In this document: positions 13,188-22,756 of the stretch, piece by piece
How the letters are laid out: each line of letters opens with the position of its first letter
Numbering within the stretch: the stretch's first letter is position 1
Assembly: GCA_963756875.1 (NCBI GenBank)
Contig: CAVWPA010000001.1
Span: 288,001-352,000, forward strand
Direction: 5' to 3'
Length of the DNA: 64,000 nucleotides
Origin: an uncultured Verrucomicrobiae bacterium
GTDB taxonomy: Bacteria > Verrucomicrobiota > Verrucomicrobiia > Chthoniobacterales > UBA10450
Translations under genes and position numbers: made by a program
Notes under the pieces: model-generated
Told to the model about the DNA's origin: nothing
The model's database searches: none
What the model saw: only the letters and a program-made list of their open reading frames with translations

Positions 13188-13751
13188 TCATTCCCATTTT
13201 TGCTGCGTCATGAGCGTGGAAGGGTTCGCGTATTCGGCGAATAACTGGCCGTTTTGGTAAACCCGCACCCATAAGCCGCTGAGCATGCCGGTCGCGCCCG
13301 GTTTCGCGCCGGACGTGTAAATCCAGTTGCCGACCAGGTTCGCTTTGTCCAATTCCACCGAATCGGTCGTGAACACTTTTTTCTCGTGTGGGTTCAGCAC
13401 CGGGATCGTGAACATGCCGGTCTGACGTTTTGCCGTGGCCGCCGCTTTTACCCCAAGCCGTTCCTGACTGAAAAAAATGGCGTATTTGACCTCCAGATTG
13501 GTGAGGTCCTTGAACGTCTTGTTTTCCATCGTGACGTCGTATCCCCAATGTTCCTTTGTAACCGCCGCGCCCCCGTCCGAGGCTTTTTTAACGTTCTGAT
13601 CGAGCCGTTTCGGAACGCAATGAATCTCAAGATCGAAATTCCCGGCACTAACCATTGCTGGCCGCGACAACGTTAATGCACGCAACCAGCTGAAAAATTT
13701 CCGCCTAACTGGTTCACACGTCTTTTGTAGCGGAACAGCGCCGATTGGCAA
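13188..13751 (-). CDS. Hypothetical, probably secreted beta-rich protein (start uncertain)
   Basis: Protein-like ORF (HWGYDVTMENKTFKDL...GLWVRVYQNGQLFAEYANPS) with host-like codon usage. Confidence 0.65.
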   Translation of the reverse strand: MPIGAVPLQKTCEPVRRKFFSWLRALTLSRPAMVSAGNFDLEIHCVPKRLDQNVKKASDGGAAVTKEHWGYDVTMENKTFKDLTNLEVKYAIFFSQERLGVKAAATAKRQTGMFTIPVLNPHEKKVFTTDSVELDKANLVGNWIYTSGAKPGATGMLSGLWVRVYQNGQLFAEYANPSTLMTQQKWE

Positions 13752-13904
13752 CGCGATTAAGCTCGTAGCAATTTAATGCCGCGATGCACACAGATGAAAC
13801 ACAGATCTTCGTCCACAAGAGGGCGCGTTTTATCTGTAAATCATGTTATCTGCGGCCTAACAATTCGTGTGCCGGCGTTTGGCTGAGCGCCTACCGCGCC
13901 GTAG

Positions 13905-14846
13905 CTAAGCGAAGGCGGGTTGGGCGTTTAGTCGCAAACTCCTTATCCGCCCCTTCGCTACTTCCGCCAAAATTGCTTTCTGCACATGCAGCCTGTTTTC
14001 CGCCTGATCGAAAATCGTCTGCGCGTGCGCTTCGAATGTTTTCGCGTCGATCTCCTGTCCGCGATGCGCTGGCAAACAATGCATGACCAATGCGTCCCGC
14101 TTCGCCAGTCTCACCACCGAATCGTTGATCCAATACGGCCCGAGCTCGGCCTGGCGCCGTGCTTCCTCGGCTTCCTTTCCCATCGAGACCCAGATGTCGG
14201 TGTAGAGAACGTCGGCACCGCGCGCCGCCTCCGGCACTTTATCGGTGCAAACAACGCGGCCCCCGGCGCTCTCGCGCAGTTTTCGCTTTGGCTGATATTT
14301 TTTAGGCGCTGCGATCCGCAATTCAAAATCGAGTTTACCCGCCGCGAAGAGCCACGACCGCGCTGTGTTGGAGAGACCGTCACCAATAAACGTAACAATC
14401 TTGTCTCGGATTTTGCCCCGTTTCTCCTGGATCGTGAAAATATCTCCCAAAATCTGACACGGATGCTCCTCGTCTGTCAGCGCGTTGATCGTCGGCACCC
14501 CGGAAAATTCCGCGAACTCCTCGATATCGCTTTGAGCATAAGTGCGAATCACCGCCCCATGGATCATGCGCGCCAGAACGCGCGCCGTGTCCTTGACCAG
14601 TTCGCCCCGACCCAGCTGCGCGTCCGCCGCGTTCATGTAAATCGATTCGCCGCCCAGTTCGCGGATTCCGACTTCAAACGAGACGCGCGTGCGGGTTGAA
14701 GGCTTCGAGAAAATCAGCGCCCAGGTTTGGCCCGCCAGCGGTTTCGCGGAGTTCTTCCCGCGTTTTGCTTTGAATTCGGCAGTCGCGCGCAAAATCCGCT
14801 CGATATCAGCGCGCGAGAGTTCTTCGATGCTCAGGAGATTTTTCAT
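13905..14846 (-). CDS. argF: Ornithine carbamoyltransferase
   Basis: FSKPSTRTRVSF, HPCQ and MHCLP motifs; QAENRLHVQKA. Confidence 0.97.
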   Translation of the reverse strand: MKNLLSIEELSRADIERILRATAEFKAKRGKNSAKPLAGQTWALIFSKPSTRTRVSFEVGIRELGGESIYMNAADAQLGRGELVKDTARVLARMIHGAVIRTYAQSDIEEFAEFSGVPTINALTDEEHPCQILGDIFTIQEKRGKIRDKIVTFIGDGLSNTARSWLFAAGKLDFELRIAAPKKYQPKRKLRESAGGRVVCTDKVPEAARGADVLYTDIWVSMGKEAEEARRQAELGPYWINDSVVRLAKRDALVMHCLPAHRGQEIDAKTFEAHAQTIFDQAENRLHVQKAILAEVAKGRIRSLRLNAQPAFA

Positions 14847-14855
14847 TTCGATCCC

Positions 14856-15045
14856 GCCACAGATTCACACAGATCAAACACAGATGGCAGCACCTAAATA
14901 GTTAAGGCGCTGTAGCCACGGCGCTGTGCGCCGTCTGAGATTGTGATGCGAACGTTCCACAGGACGGTGGCTGCAACAGCTATGAGATGCCTTGAGCCGA
15001 ACCGAACTGCTTCTATATCTGTGAGAATCTGTGTGCATCTGTGGC
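14856..15045. repeat. Nested repeat: outer ACAGAT-repeat inverted pair around an inner GTAG REP pair
   Basis: GCCACAGATTCACACAGAT...ATCTGTGAGAATCTGTGTGCATCTGTGGC surrounds CTGTAGCCACGGCGCTGTGCGCCGT...ACGGTGGCTGCA. A similar ACAGAT pair lies at ~13785-13856. Confidence 0.7.
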
Positions 15046-15070
15046 TAACGGCCTTTTCCGCTTTCACGTT

Positions 15071-16356
15071 TCAACCCTTCAACATTTCGACGACTGCCGC
15101 AATCGCGCCCAATCCTTCTTCCGCTTCAGCGCGGGTCAAATTCAGCGCCGGCAATAATCGAATTACAGAATTCGCGGCAGGCACTGTTAGCACGCCCCTT
15201 TCGTGCAGCCGATTGACTACCTGAAGGGCTGGCGACTTTTCGCTGCGCTTAAACGCCGGAAGTTCGGGATTGAAATCAATTCCAATCATCAATCCAACGC
15301 CTCGCACTTCACGGATAACGTCCGGATATTTATTTTGAAGGCCCCGCAGTTCGGAAATCAAAAGCTCTCCGGTTTGCTGCGCGTACTCAGCCAAATTATC
15401 GCGCTCGATTACGTCGAGAATTTTGAGCGCGACAGCGCACGCCAGCGGAGTGCCGCCGAACGTCGAGGCATGCGTTCCCGCCGATAACACGTCGGCGAAT
15501 TTTTCCCTTACCCAGAACGCTCCCATCGGAAACCCACCGCCTAACGACTTTGCCATCGAAACCCCGTCCGGCACGACGTCATTATTTCCGAGGATCCTTT
15601 GCCAGCTTTGAAATTTGCCAGTGCGAAAGTGCCCGGCCTGCACTTCATCAAAAAGCAAAAGCAAATTGTAGGTGTCGCAGAGCTCGCGCAAACCACTCAA
15701 ATATTCCGTCGTCGCCGCTGTGATTCCGCTCTCCCCTTGGATCGCTTCGATCAAGATGGCCACAGTCTGTGGCGTGATCGCGCCACGCATCGCCTCGAGA
15801 TCGTTGAAGGGAACCTGTTTGAATCCCTCGACTGGTGGTTCGAAACCCTTCTTGACTTTTTCCTGACCTGTCGCCGCGATCCCGGCCAGGGTACGCCCAT
15901 GAAACGATTCCAACGCGGTAATAATTTCGTAGCGGCCTTCGTCGTGTCCGAACTTTCTCGCCAGTTTAAACAAGCCTTCATTCGCTTCCGCGCCGCTGTT
16001 GCAAAAGAAGACCCGGCCGGGTGCGATGAGGTCCGCAATGCGTTTGGCGAGGCGGCCTTGGAGCTCATTATAATAGAGGTTCGAAACATGGATGAGTTTT
16101 TGCGATTGCTCGGTCAGCGTTTGCGTGATTTCGGGATTTGCATGGCCTAACGAACAAACCGCGATCCCGCCGCCAAGATCGAGATACCGCCGCCCCTCAA
16201 TGTCCCAGACATAACTTCCCTCCCCGCGCTCCAGGACGAGATTGAACCGCGAGTACCGACGGAACCACAAAGTGCTCAAATGTCCTCGCGCACCTCTTTC
16301 TGAGTTGAGCGTTGGGCGTTGGACGTTGGGCGTTGGACGTTTTCTTTCGTTTTCAT
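15071..16356 (-). CDS. argD: Acetylornithine aminotransferase (N-terminal frameshift near 16255)
   Basis: YLDLGGGIAVCSLGH, FFCNSGAEANE, SFHGRT, FDEVQAG, AKSLGGG, HASTFGG. ATG overlaps the argB stop (ATGA). Confidence 0.95.
16303..16341. repeat. Heptamer tandem repeat (CGTTGGG/CGTTGGA) in the argD 5' end
   Basis: GTTGAGCGTTGGGCGTTGGACGTTGGGCGTTGGACGTT; same family is intergenic at ~39926-39960 and ~46883-46913. Confidence 0.8.
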
Positions 16357-17228
16357 AAGACCACCTCCGTTCCAACCCCCGCGTCCGTAAAAATCTCGAG
16401 CAACACCGAATGCGGGATTCGGCCGTCGACGAATTGCACTTTTTCCACGCCGCTCTCGATCGCTGTGACCGCGCTGTCCACTTTCGGAATCATGCCCGCA
16501 TCCACGACGCCGGATTTTTTCAACGCCGGCACATCGGTGGTGCTTAAATGGGTCATCAATGATTGGGCGTCTTTCGGATCACGAAGCAGACCAGGCACGT
16601 CGCTCATAAAAACCAGCCGCCGCGCCTTGAGAGCGACCGCTGTTTTCGCCGCGGCGATGTCGGCGTTGCAATTATAGACCTTGCCGTCGTCACCGCGCGC
16701 CGTAGGGCTGATTACCGGCGTCACGCTGCGCCGGATGCATTCGCGCAACGGTTCCACATTTACATCGACCACCTCGCCGACGAATCCCAGGTCGACTGGC
16801 CGGCCGCTTTCATCCATGGGTAGAAATTTCCGGCAGCGAAAAATGTCTGTGCCGGCAAACCCGCGCGCTTTTCCACCGAAATCCTGAATCGTTTTCACAA
16901 TTTCGGGATTAATTTCGCGCGACAACACGCGATCGACAACGTCGGCGCTTGCGGCATCTGTCACTCGATAGCCGCGCACGAACTGCGATTTCACGCCAGC
17001 TTCTTCCAGCGCGCGCGTGATTGCTTTGCCGCCGCCGTGCACGACGACGGGATTAATGCCGACTGCTTCGAGGAAGACGACGTCGCGCGCGACGCGATGC
17101 CGTTCCTCCATATCGGGCGAGTCCATGAAGCTGCCGCCATATTTCACGACGAAAATCTGGCTACGAAAACGCTGAATGTAAGGAAGCGCCTCGAGCAATG
17201 TCGCAGCTTTGGAAATGATCTCTTCCAC
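16353..17228 (-). CDS. argB: Acetylglutamate kinase
   Basis: LLEALPYIQRF, VVKYGG, VHGGG, YNCNAD, GMIPKV, LLEIFTDAGVGT. Confidence 0.97.
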   Translation of the reverse strand: MEEIISKAATLLEALPYIQRFRSQIFVVKYGGSFMDSPDMEERHRVARDVVFLEAVGINPVVVHGGGKAITRALEEAGVKSQFVRGYRVTDAASADVVDRVLSREINPEIVKTIQDFGGKARGFAGTDIFRCRKFLPMDESGRPVDLGFVGEVVDVNVEPLRECIRRSVTPVISPTARGDDGKVYNCNADIAAAKTAVALKARRLVFMSDVPGLLRDPKDAQSLMTHLSTTDVPALKKSGVVDAGMIPKVDSAVTAIESGVEKVQFVDGRIPHSVLLEIFTDAGVGTEVVL

Positions 17229-17285
17229 GGCGGATCCTAGATTTGGAGGGCGCCGCGCTGTCGGCGCCCAAATATTTTGGGACAC

Positions 17286-17348
17286 TGTAGAGGCAGCCGT
17301 ATCGGCTGCGCTTCGTCGAATTTTGCAGGCGACACGCCTGCCGCTACA
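17286..17348. repeat. GTAG-type REP pair
   Basis: TGTAGAGGCAGCCGTATCGGCTGC ... GCAGGCGACACGCCTGCCGCTACA. Confidence 0.75.
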
Positions 17349-17372
17349 GATGCGCTGCTTTCAGTCTTCATT

Positions 17373-18703
17373 CTAACCTCCCAGCGTCTTTGGGTCGCTG
17401 ACATCACCTTTGTTGAAAGCCACATAGTCTTCGGTGAGATCGCTCGCGTACATCGTGAACCCGGCGCCGCCGAGATGAAGATCGACGTGAAGATCGAACT
17501 CCGGTGCCGATGTGATTTCGGCGAGTCTTTTCAAGGCGACATTTGTCGGACGTCCGCGGCGAAATGCAAAAATAATTTTACGGCTGGCAGGCCTGGCGTA
17601 ACCGACATCGACGACTGCCTCCCTGACGTGTGCTTTGGAATAGCCAAGCGCGCAAAGAATGCGACCCCAGTTTGGGTCTCCGCCACACCAACTTGTTCGC
17701 ACGAGAGAGCTGTTGGCGATTGCGCGCGCAGCCAATTCAGCATCCCGCGCATTTCGCGCGCCTCGCACGATCAATCTGACGAAGCGTGAGACGCCTTCGC
17801 CATCGCGCACAATCATTTTCGCCAACTCCAGGCAAACGTGATTAAGAGCCTGTCTGAAATTGCGGATTGCGGATCGCGGATTGCAGGATTGCCCGCCAGC
17901 CCGTTGGCGAGCATGATCACCGAATCGTTCGTGCTCATGTCGCCATCCACCGTGATCCGATTGAAGCTTTGCGCGACAGCGGTTTCGAGCGCGCGTTTCA
18001 AAACTCCGGGTTCGATCCCGACGTCGCTGGTGATGAATGCAAGCATGGTGGCATGTTTTGTAGCCGCGGCCATTCCCGGCTGGATCATTCCTGCTCCCTT
18101 GCAAATCCCGCCGATCCTCACCGTCGATCCTCCAATTTCGAATTCGACGGCAATTTCTTTGCGCCGCGTGTCCGTGGTCATGATCGCCTCGGCAACCTGA
18201 CGGGCGCTTCTGATCGAGCGCGCCAGCAACGGGGCGCACGTGCGAATCCCGCGCTCGACATTTCTCATCGGCATCGGCACGCCGATTCGGCCTGTGGAAC
18301 AGACAAGCACCTCCTGCGCGCTGATTCTTCTGTAGCGGCGGTCTATGACCGCCGCTACAGAGGCGGCGGCGATTTGCGTCATTTTTTCTGCGTCGTGTAA
18401 TCCCTGTTTCCCGGTGCAGGCATTGGCATTTCCCGAATTAACCACAATGGCTCGCGCGGATTTTTTTCCCGCGCGTTTGGCGCTGATCTTTACCGGAGCG
18501 GCGCATACCTGATTTGTTGTAAACATTCCCGCAACGGCTGCCGGAACCTCTGAAACGATCAACGCCAGATCATGCTTCTTGCCTTTCTCCGAACCTTTGC
18601 CCGTGCCGAGCTTTTTAATGTCGCAAAACACGGCAGCGGCGTTAAAGCCGCGTGGCGCGCAAATGGAGCCGGGGATTTGTTTGAAACGAGATTTGTTAGG
18701 CAT
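17373..18703 (-). CDS. argJ: Ornithine acetyltransferase, frameshift at ~17860
   Basis: VVNSGNANACTG, STGRIG, IMTTDT, KGAGMIQP, ATML, VDGDMSTND, then IVRDGEG and DPNWGRI in a second frame. Confidence 0.95.
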
Positions 18704-18715
18704 ACGATCTTATCC

Positions 18716-18866
18716 GGGTAGCGCACGCGTCTCGCGTGTTGGTTGCGGCGTCACGCCGCAACGCGCTTTTTTCGTCGACTTCCCTTTTGTCGAGGCTGCG
18801 CTTCCGTGATGGAAGTTCGCGACGGCGCGGACGCCGTCGCCAGCACGCGAGACGCGTGCGCCACCC
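18716..18866. repeat. REP-like composite palindrome (GCGCACGCGTCTCGCGTG family)
   Basis: GGGTAGCGCACGCGTCTCGCGTGTTGG ... CCAGCACGCGAGACGCGTGCGCCACCC; relatives at 22581-22731, 43536-43657 and a half copy at ~30938. Confidence 0.85.
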
Positions 18867-18882
18867 AAACCATCTGTTACGC

Positions 18883-19938
18883 TCACAGCAGTCCGATCGT
18901 TTCGGGGAACCCGCACATTAAATTGAAACATTGGACAGCCTGGCCGCTCGCCCCCTTGATCACGTTGTCGATCGCGCTCATTAGAATGAGGCGCCCGGTA
19001 CGCGGATCGGTCCGCCAGGCTATATCGATAAAATTGGTGCCGGCCACGTTCTTTGTGTCCGGCAACTGCTCGTTGCCCAGCAATCGCACAAAGGGCTCCT
19101 TGCCGTACGCGCTCTCGAACACGACCGCGGGATCCACCGCCACAACGTTGCCGCCGAACTCGGCATAAATGGTCGTAAGAATGCCGCGATTCACCGGCAC
19201 CAGGTGCGGTGTGAATTGGATCGTTACTTTCTCCTCGGCCAGAAGCGAGAGCTCCTGTTCGATCTCGGATAAATGCCGGTGCTTGGGCACGCCGTACGGG
19301 CGAACGCTTTCGTTGCATTCGGCGAACAGATAATCGGCTTCCACTTTCCGGCCGGCGCCGGTCACCCCGCTCAAACTTGTGACCAAAATTCTGCTGCGGT
19401 CGATGGCCTTCCTGCGAATTAACGGCCGAAGCGGAATCAGAATACTTGTCGGATAACAACCAGGGCAGGCGATCAGCTTCGCGCTCTGGATTTGGTCCCG
19501 ATAGATTTCCGGCAGTCCGTAAACGGCCTCGCCAAGCACGTCCGGCGCGGGATGATCGTGGCCGTAGAATTCCTTGTAAACCGCGGCATCGCGGAGTCGA
19601 AAATCGGCGCTCAGATCGATCACACGCGCGCCGAGTTGCAAGAGCGGCTTGGCAAACTCCGCCGCCAGTCCATGCGGCAAGGCGAGAAAAACGATCTCCG
19701 CGTCTTTCGCGAGCCGTTTTGGATCGGTGTCCGAAAAGCTGAGCGTTCTCGCTTTTTCAACGTGCGCGAAGCGTGGAAAAATTTGGGCGAGCGGTTTGCC
19801 GGCAAACTGCCGGGAAGTTGCGGCGACAAGATCGACCTGTGGGTGCGCCAAAAGCAGGCGCACCAGCTCTTCGCCGGCGTAACCGGACGCGCCGACGACT
19901 GCGACTCTGGTCAGCTGCTTCGTTGCCACAACGCGCAA
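18883..19938 (-). CDS. argC: N-acetyl-gamma-glutamyl-phosphate reductase
   Basis: VAVVGASGYAGEEL, FLALPHG, DLSADFRL, ACPGCYPT, SGVTGAGR, IDNVIKGASGQAVQ. Confidence 0.97.
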   Translation of the reverse strand: MRVVATKQLTRVAVVGASGYAGEELVRLLLAHPQVDLVAATSRQFAGKPLAQIFPRFAHVEKARTLSFSDTDPKRLAKDAEIVFLALPHGLAAEFAKPLLQLGARVIDLSADFRLRDAAVYKEFYGHDHPAPDVLGEAVYGLPEIYRDQIQSAKLIACPGCYPTSILIPLRPLIRRKAIDRSRILVTSLSGVTGAGRKVEADYLFAECNESVRPYGVPKHRHLSEIEQELSLLAEEKVTIQFTPHLVPVNRGILTTIYAEFGGNVVAVDPAVVFESAYGKEPFVRLLGNEQLPDTKNVAGTNFIDIAWRTDPRTGRLILMSAIDNVIKGASGQAVQCFNLMCGFPETIGLL

Positions 19939-19973
19939 TGCGTATTCCGTCTCCGGGCAATTGCAATTGGAAT

Positions 19974-20073
19974 TGTAGCCACGGCGCTCTGTCGCCGTGT
20001 TTTGCCAGAGAAGAGGAGCGCCTCGACAGAGCGAGGCGGCTATAGCTTCCGACGCTCATAGAGCGCCGCTACA
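19974..20073. repeat. GTAG-type REP cluster between argC and floA
   Basis: TGTAGCCACGGCGCTCTGTCGCCGT ... GCCTCGACAGAGCGAGGCGGCTATA ... CGCTCATAGAGCGCCGCTACA. Confidence 0.7.
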
Positions 20074-20123
20074 ACCGGATTGGACTTTCCGTGTTAGAAG
20101 ACTAACGCTACGTTCAAAAATCT

Positions 20124-21140
20124 ATGAACACACTTTATCTGGTTGGGATCGCGGTTCTTGCGGTCTTCGGTTTCGTTTTCGCGGTCGTTCTCTTCAACTT
20201 TTTCGGCATATGGCTGCGAGCCCGCATCGCCAACGCGCCGGTCGGTATCGGCAAAATGATCGGAATGCGGCTGCGGCGCGTGCCTGTGGGACTGATCGTC
20301 GATAATCGCATCACGGCGGTCAAAGCAGGGATCGACATTCCAAGCGACCCGCTTGAAGCACATTTTCTGGCCGGGGGCGACGTCGGCCATGTGATTCTTG
20401 CGCTGATTGCGGCCGACAAGGCCGGCATTTCACTCGATTTCAACCGGGCCTGCGCCATCGACCTTGCTACGAAAGGCACTGGCAAGACAGTTTTGGAAGC
20501 CGTCCGGACCAGCATCAACCCGAAGGTAATCGATGCGCCCAATCCCGCGATGGGACGCGCGACCATCGACGGCGTGGCTCAGGACGGTATCGGCGTTAAA
20601 GTTCGTGCCAGAGTCACCGTTCGCTCGCATCTCGATCGCTTTGTTGGCGGCGCGACCGAGGAAACAATCATCGCGCGAGTCGGCGAAGGAATTGTCAGCT
20701 CGATCGGTTCAGCGCCGAGTTACAAGGAGGTTCTGGAAAATCCCGATCGCATTTCGAAGACAGTGCTGGCCAAGGGACTCGACAGTGGGACGGCATTCGA
20801 GATTTTGTCGATCGACATCGCGGACGTGGATGTCGGCGATAACATCGGTGCGAAATTGCAGGCGGAACAGGCCGACGCGGACAAGCGAGTGGCGCAGGCG
20901 AAAGCGGAAGTGCGCCGCGCGGCCGCGGTGGCGGTGGAGCAGGAGATGCGCGCCAGGACTCAGGAGATGCGAGCGAAAGTGGTGGAGGCCGAAGCGCAGG
21001 TGCCGCAGGCAATGGCGGAAGCGTTCCGAGCCGGTCACCTCGGGATCATGGATTATTACCGAATGAAAAATGTGCAGGCCGACACGTCGATGCGCGACTC
21101 AATCGCGGGAACAGACAAACCGAGGCCGGAAGGAACGTGA
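20124..21140 (+). CDS. floA: Flotillin-like protein FloA (YqfA family)
   Basis: [73 protein letters not shown]. Confidence 0.93.
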   Translation: MNTLYLVGIAVLAVFGFVFAVVLFNFFGIWLRARIANAPVGIGKMIGMRLRRVPVGLIVDNRITAVKAGIDIPSDPLEAHFLAGGDVGHVILALIAADKAGISLDFNRACAIDLATKGTGKTVLEAVRTSINPKVIDAPNPAMGRATIDGVAQDGIGVKVRARVTVRSHLDRFVGGATEETIIARVGEGIVSSIGSAPSYKEVLENPDRISKTVLAKGLDSGTAFEILSIDIADVDVGDNIGAKLQAEQADADKRVAQAKAEVRRAAAVAVEQEMRARTQEMRAKVVEAEAQVPQAMAEAFRAGHLGIMDYYRMKNVQADTSMRDSIAGTDKPRPEGT

Positions 21141-21231
21141 TTGGTTAAATCGTTACAATGTTACGTGGTTACACAGGTCAAAAAAGCAGCGATTCATCGT
21201 TGTAACGTTTGTAACTTTTTTAACTGAGGAT

Positions 21232-21888
21232 ATGGCAGCGATACACTTAGAGAATCTCCTTTTTATTCTGTTCATCGCGGTCGCGTTCTTTTTTCAATTG
21301 CTGACCAAAGCGGCGAGCAAAGCAAGCAAGGGTTCTGGCGAAACAAGGCCGAAATCATCTTCGCCTCCACCATCCCGGACCATTCCGCGGGCTCCGGTGG
21401 AGAGCGACGAGGACCGAATTCGAAAATTCCTGGAGGCGCTCGGGCAACCACCCACGTCGAGCCCACCTCCACCGGTCAGACAGCGACCGACGTATCAAAA
21501 GCCGGTGGTGCTTCCGCACGTTCCGCCATTTGCGTCGTCGCTTCCGCCGCTCACAACACATCCGCCCGATCTGCCGCCGGAAATAAAACTGCCCGGGCAA
21601 ATCACGCCGATGCGCGAAGCCAAGGTTTTCACGCCGAGAGTGGCCGAGGCTCCCAAATTCGAGGTTCAGACAGGCGCCATTTTGCCGCCTGAAGCGCCGC
21701 CTGTCGTAAAAACCGCCGCGGAAGCCTACGCGATCGCGACTCAACCGGCCTCGACCGTCGATCAGACGCGCACGGATCTGGTTCGTTTGCTGAGATCGGG
21801 GTCGGGATTGCGCGACGCGATTATTTTGCGCGAGATTTTCGGTGAGCCACGAAGCCTGCAACCGCTCGACCTCGTTCGAAACATTTGA
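21232..21888 (+). CDS. Membrane-anchored Pro-rich protein, YqfB-like partner of FloA
   Basis: GAGGA RBS, N-terminal TM helix, C-terminal LRDAIILREIFGEPRSL motif. Confidence 0.75.
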   Translation: MAAIHLENLLFILFIAVAFFFQLLTKAASKASKGSGETRPKSSSPPPSRTIPRAPVESDEDRIRKFLEALGQPPTSSPPPPVRQRPTYQKPVVLPHVPPFASSLPPLTTHPPDLPPEIKLPGQITPMREAKVFTPRVAEAPKFEVQTGAILPPEAPPVVKTAAEAYAIATQPASTVDQTRTDLVRLLRSGSGLRDAIILREIFGEPRSLQPLDLVRNI

Positions 21889-21933
21889 GGTTCGGCGCAA
21901 GCCTCGTATTCTTTCGCTCCTCCTGTTCCAAAT

Positions 21934-22017
21934 GCCGGCGTGGCGGAACTGGCAGACGCGCTGGACTCAAAATCCAGTGATCGCAAGATCGTGTGGGTTC
22001 GAGCCCCTCCGCCGGCA
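21934..22017 (+). tRNA. tRNA-Leu(CAA), CCA not encoded
   Basis: GCCGGCG/CGCCGGC acceptor stem, GGCGGAACTGGCAGACGC D-arm, CTGGA-CTCAAAA-TCCAG anticodon arm, long variable arm GATCGCAAGATC, GTTCGAG T-loop. Confidence 0.97.
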
Positions 22018-22081
22018 GTCCGATGCCGGACTGGCGATTGCTCGCTTCGCTCGCGAACAATGTTGAGCGCGACCGGGAAAA

Positions 22082-22143
22082 TTGTAGGGCAAGCGCTCCG
22101 CTTGCCAGTGTAATGGTCGGCAACCGATGCGCTTGCCCTACAA
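22082..22143. repeat. GTAGGGC-type REP pair
   Basis: TTGTAGGGCAAGCGCTCCGCTTGCC ... GGCAACCGATGCGCTTGCCCTACAA; same family at 29696-29757 and 57814-57877. Confidence 0.85.
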
Positions 22144-22151
22144 ACAAAAAT

Positions 22152-22574
22152 TCACGCCGCGGGCGTCACCGGCTCAAGCCCAAACAGCTTTTTGACCGAT
22201 TCGCGCGAGAGAACGATCAGCGTGAAAACACCGAGGATCGTGCCGAACGGCATGAACAAACATTCGATGCATGCCATGACGAACGCGAACCGATAGCGTG
22301 TGCGTTTCGCAATCGTTCGGCCGGCAATCAGAATGCAGATGGCCATGGTCAGACCGAGTAGAAAAAAGAACAAACCGAATGCGACGAAGATCCAACCCAG
22401 GATCTCCGGCGGCGGTTCTCCAGTTTGCCTTGGATTTGGGTGTTGCGCTACCCAGACGAACACCGCGCCCATGCCGGTGTAGAGCAACGGGAAAAAAGAA
22501 AACAGCGCTGCTAAACCGGCAACAATGTAATGAAAGATAGAGAGTAACCGGAGATGTTCGGTGTCGGAGTTCAT
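22152..22574 (-). CDS. Small integral membrane protein
   Basis: Three hydrophobic segments; HLRLLSIFHY and CLFMPFGTILGVFTLIVLSRESVK motifs. Confidence 0.8.
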   Translation of the reverse strand: MNSDTEHLRLLSIFHYIVAGLAALFSFFPLLYTGMGAVFVWVAQHPNPRQTGEPPPEILGWIFVAFGLFFFLLGLTMAICILIAGRTIAKRTRYRFAFVMACIECLFMPFGTILGVFTLIVLSRESVKKLFGLEPVTPAA

Positions 22575-22580
22575 TCGTTA

Positions 22581-22731
22581 GGGGAGCGCACGCGCCACGT
22601 CCGGCAGCTGCCGGAGCGACCGAGCCCTCGCGATCGCGAACTTTATCTGCTGATGGTGGCTCATTTCGTCAAATAGAGAAAAACGTTTCGGCGAGGCGCC
22701 GAAACCAACACGCGAGACGCGTGTGCTCCCC
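22581..22731. repeat. REP-like composite palindrome
   Basis: GGGGAGCGCACGCG ... CACGCGAGACGCGTGTGCTCCCC with internal hairpins. Confidence 0.75.
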
Positions 22732-22756
22732 AGACGAGGAAGAGAAAGAGTTGCGA

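Noticed and set aside
21934..22200. tRNA-Leu as an integration site
   Set aside because: No integrase nearby and no duplicate of the tRNA 3' end seen in the window.
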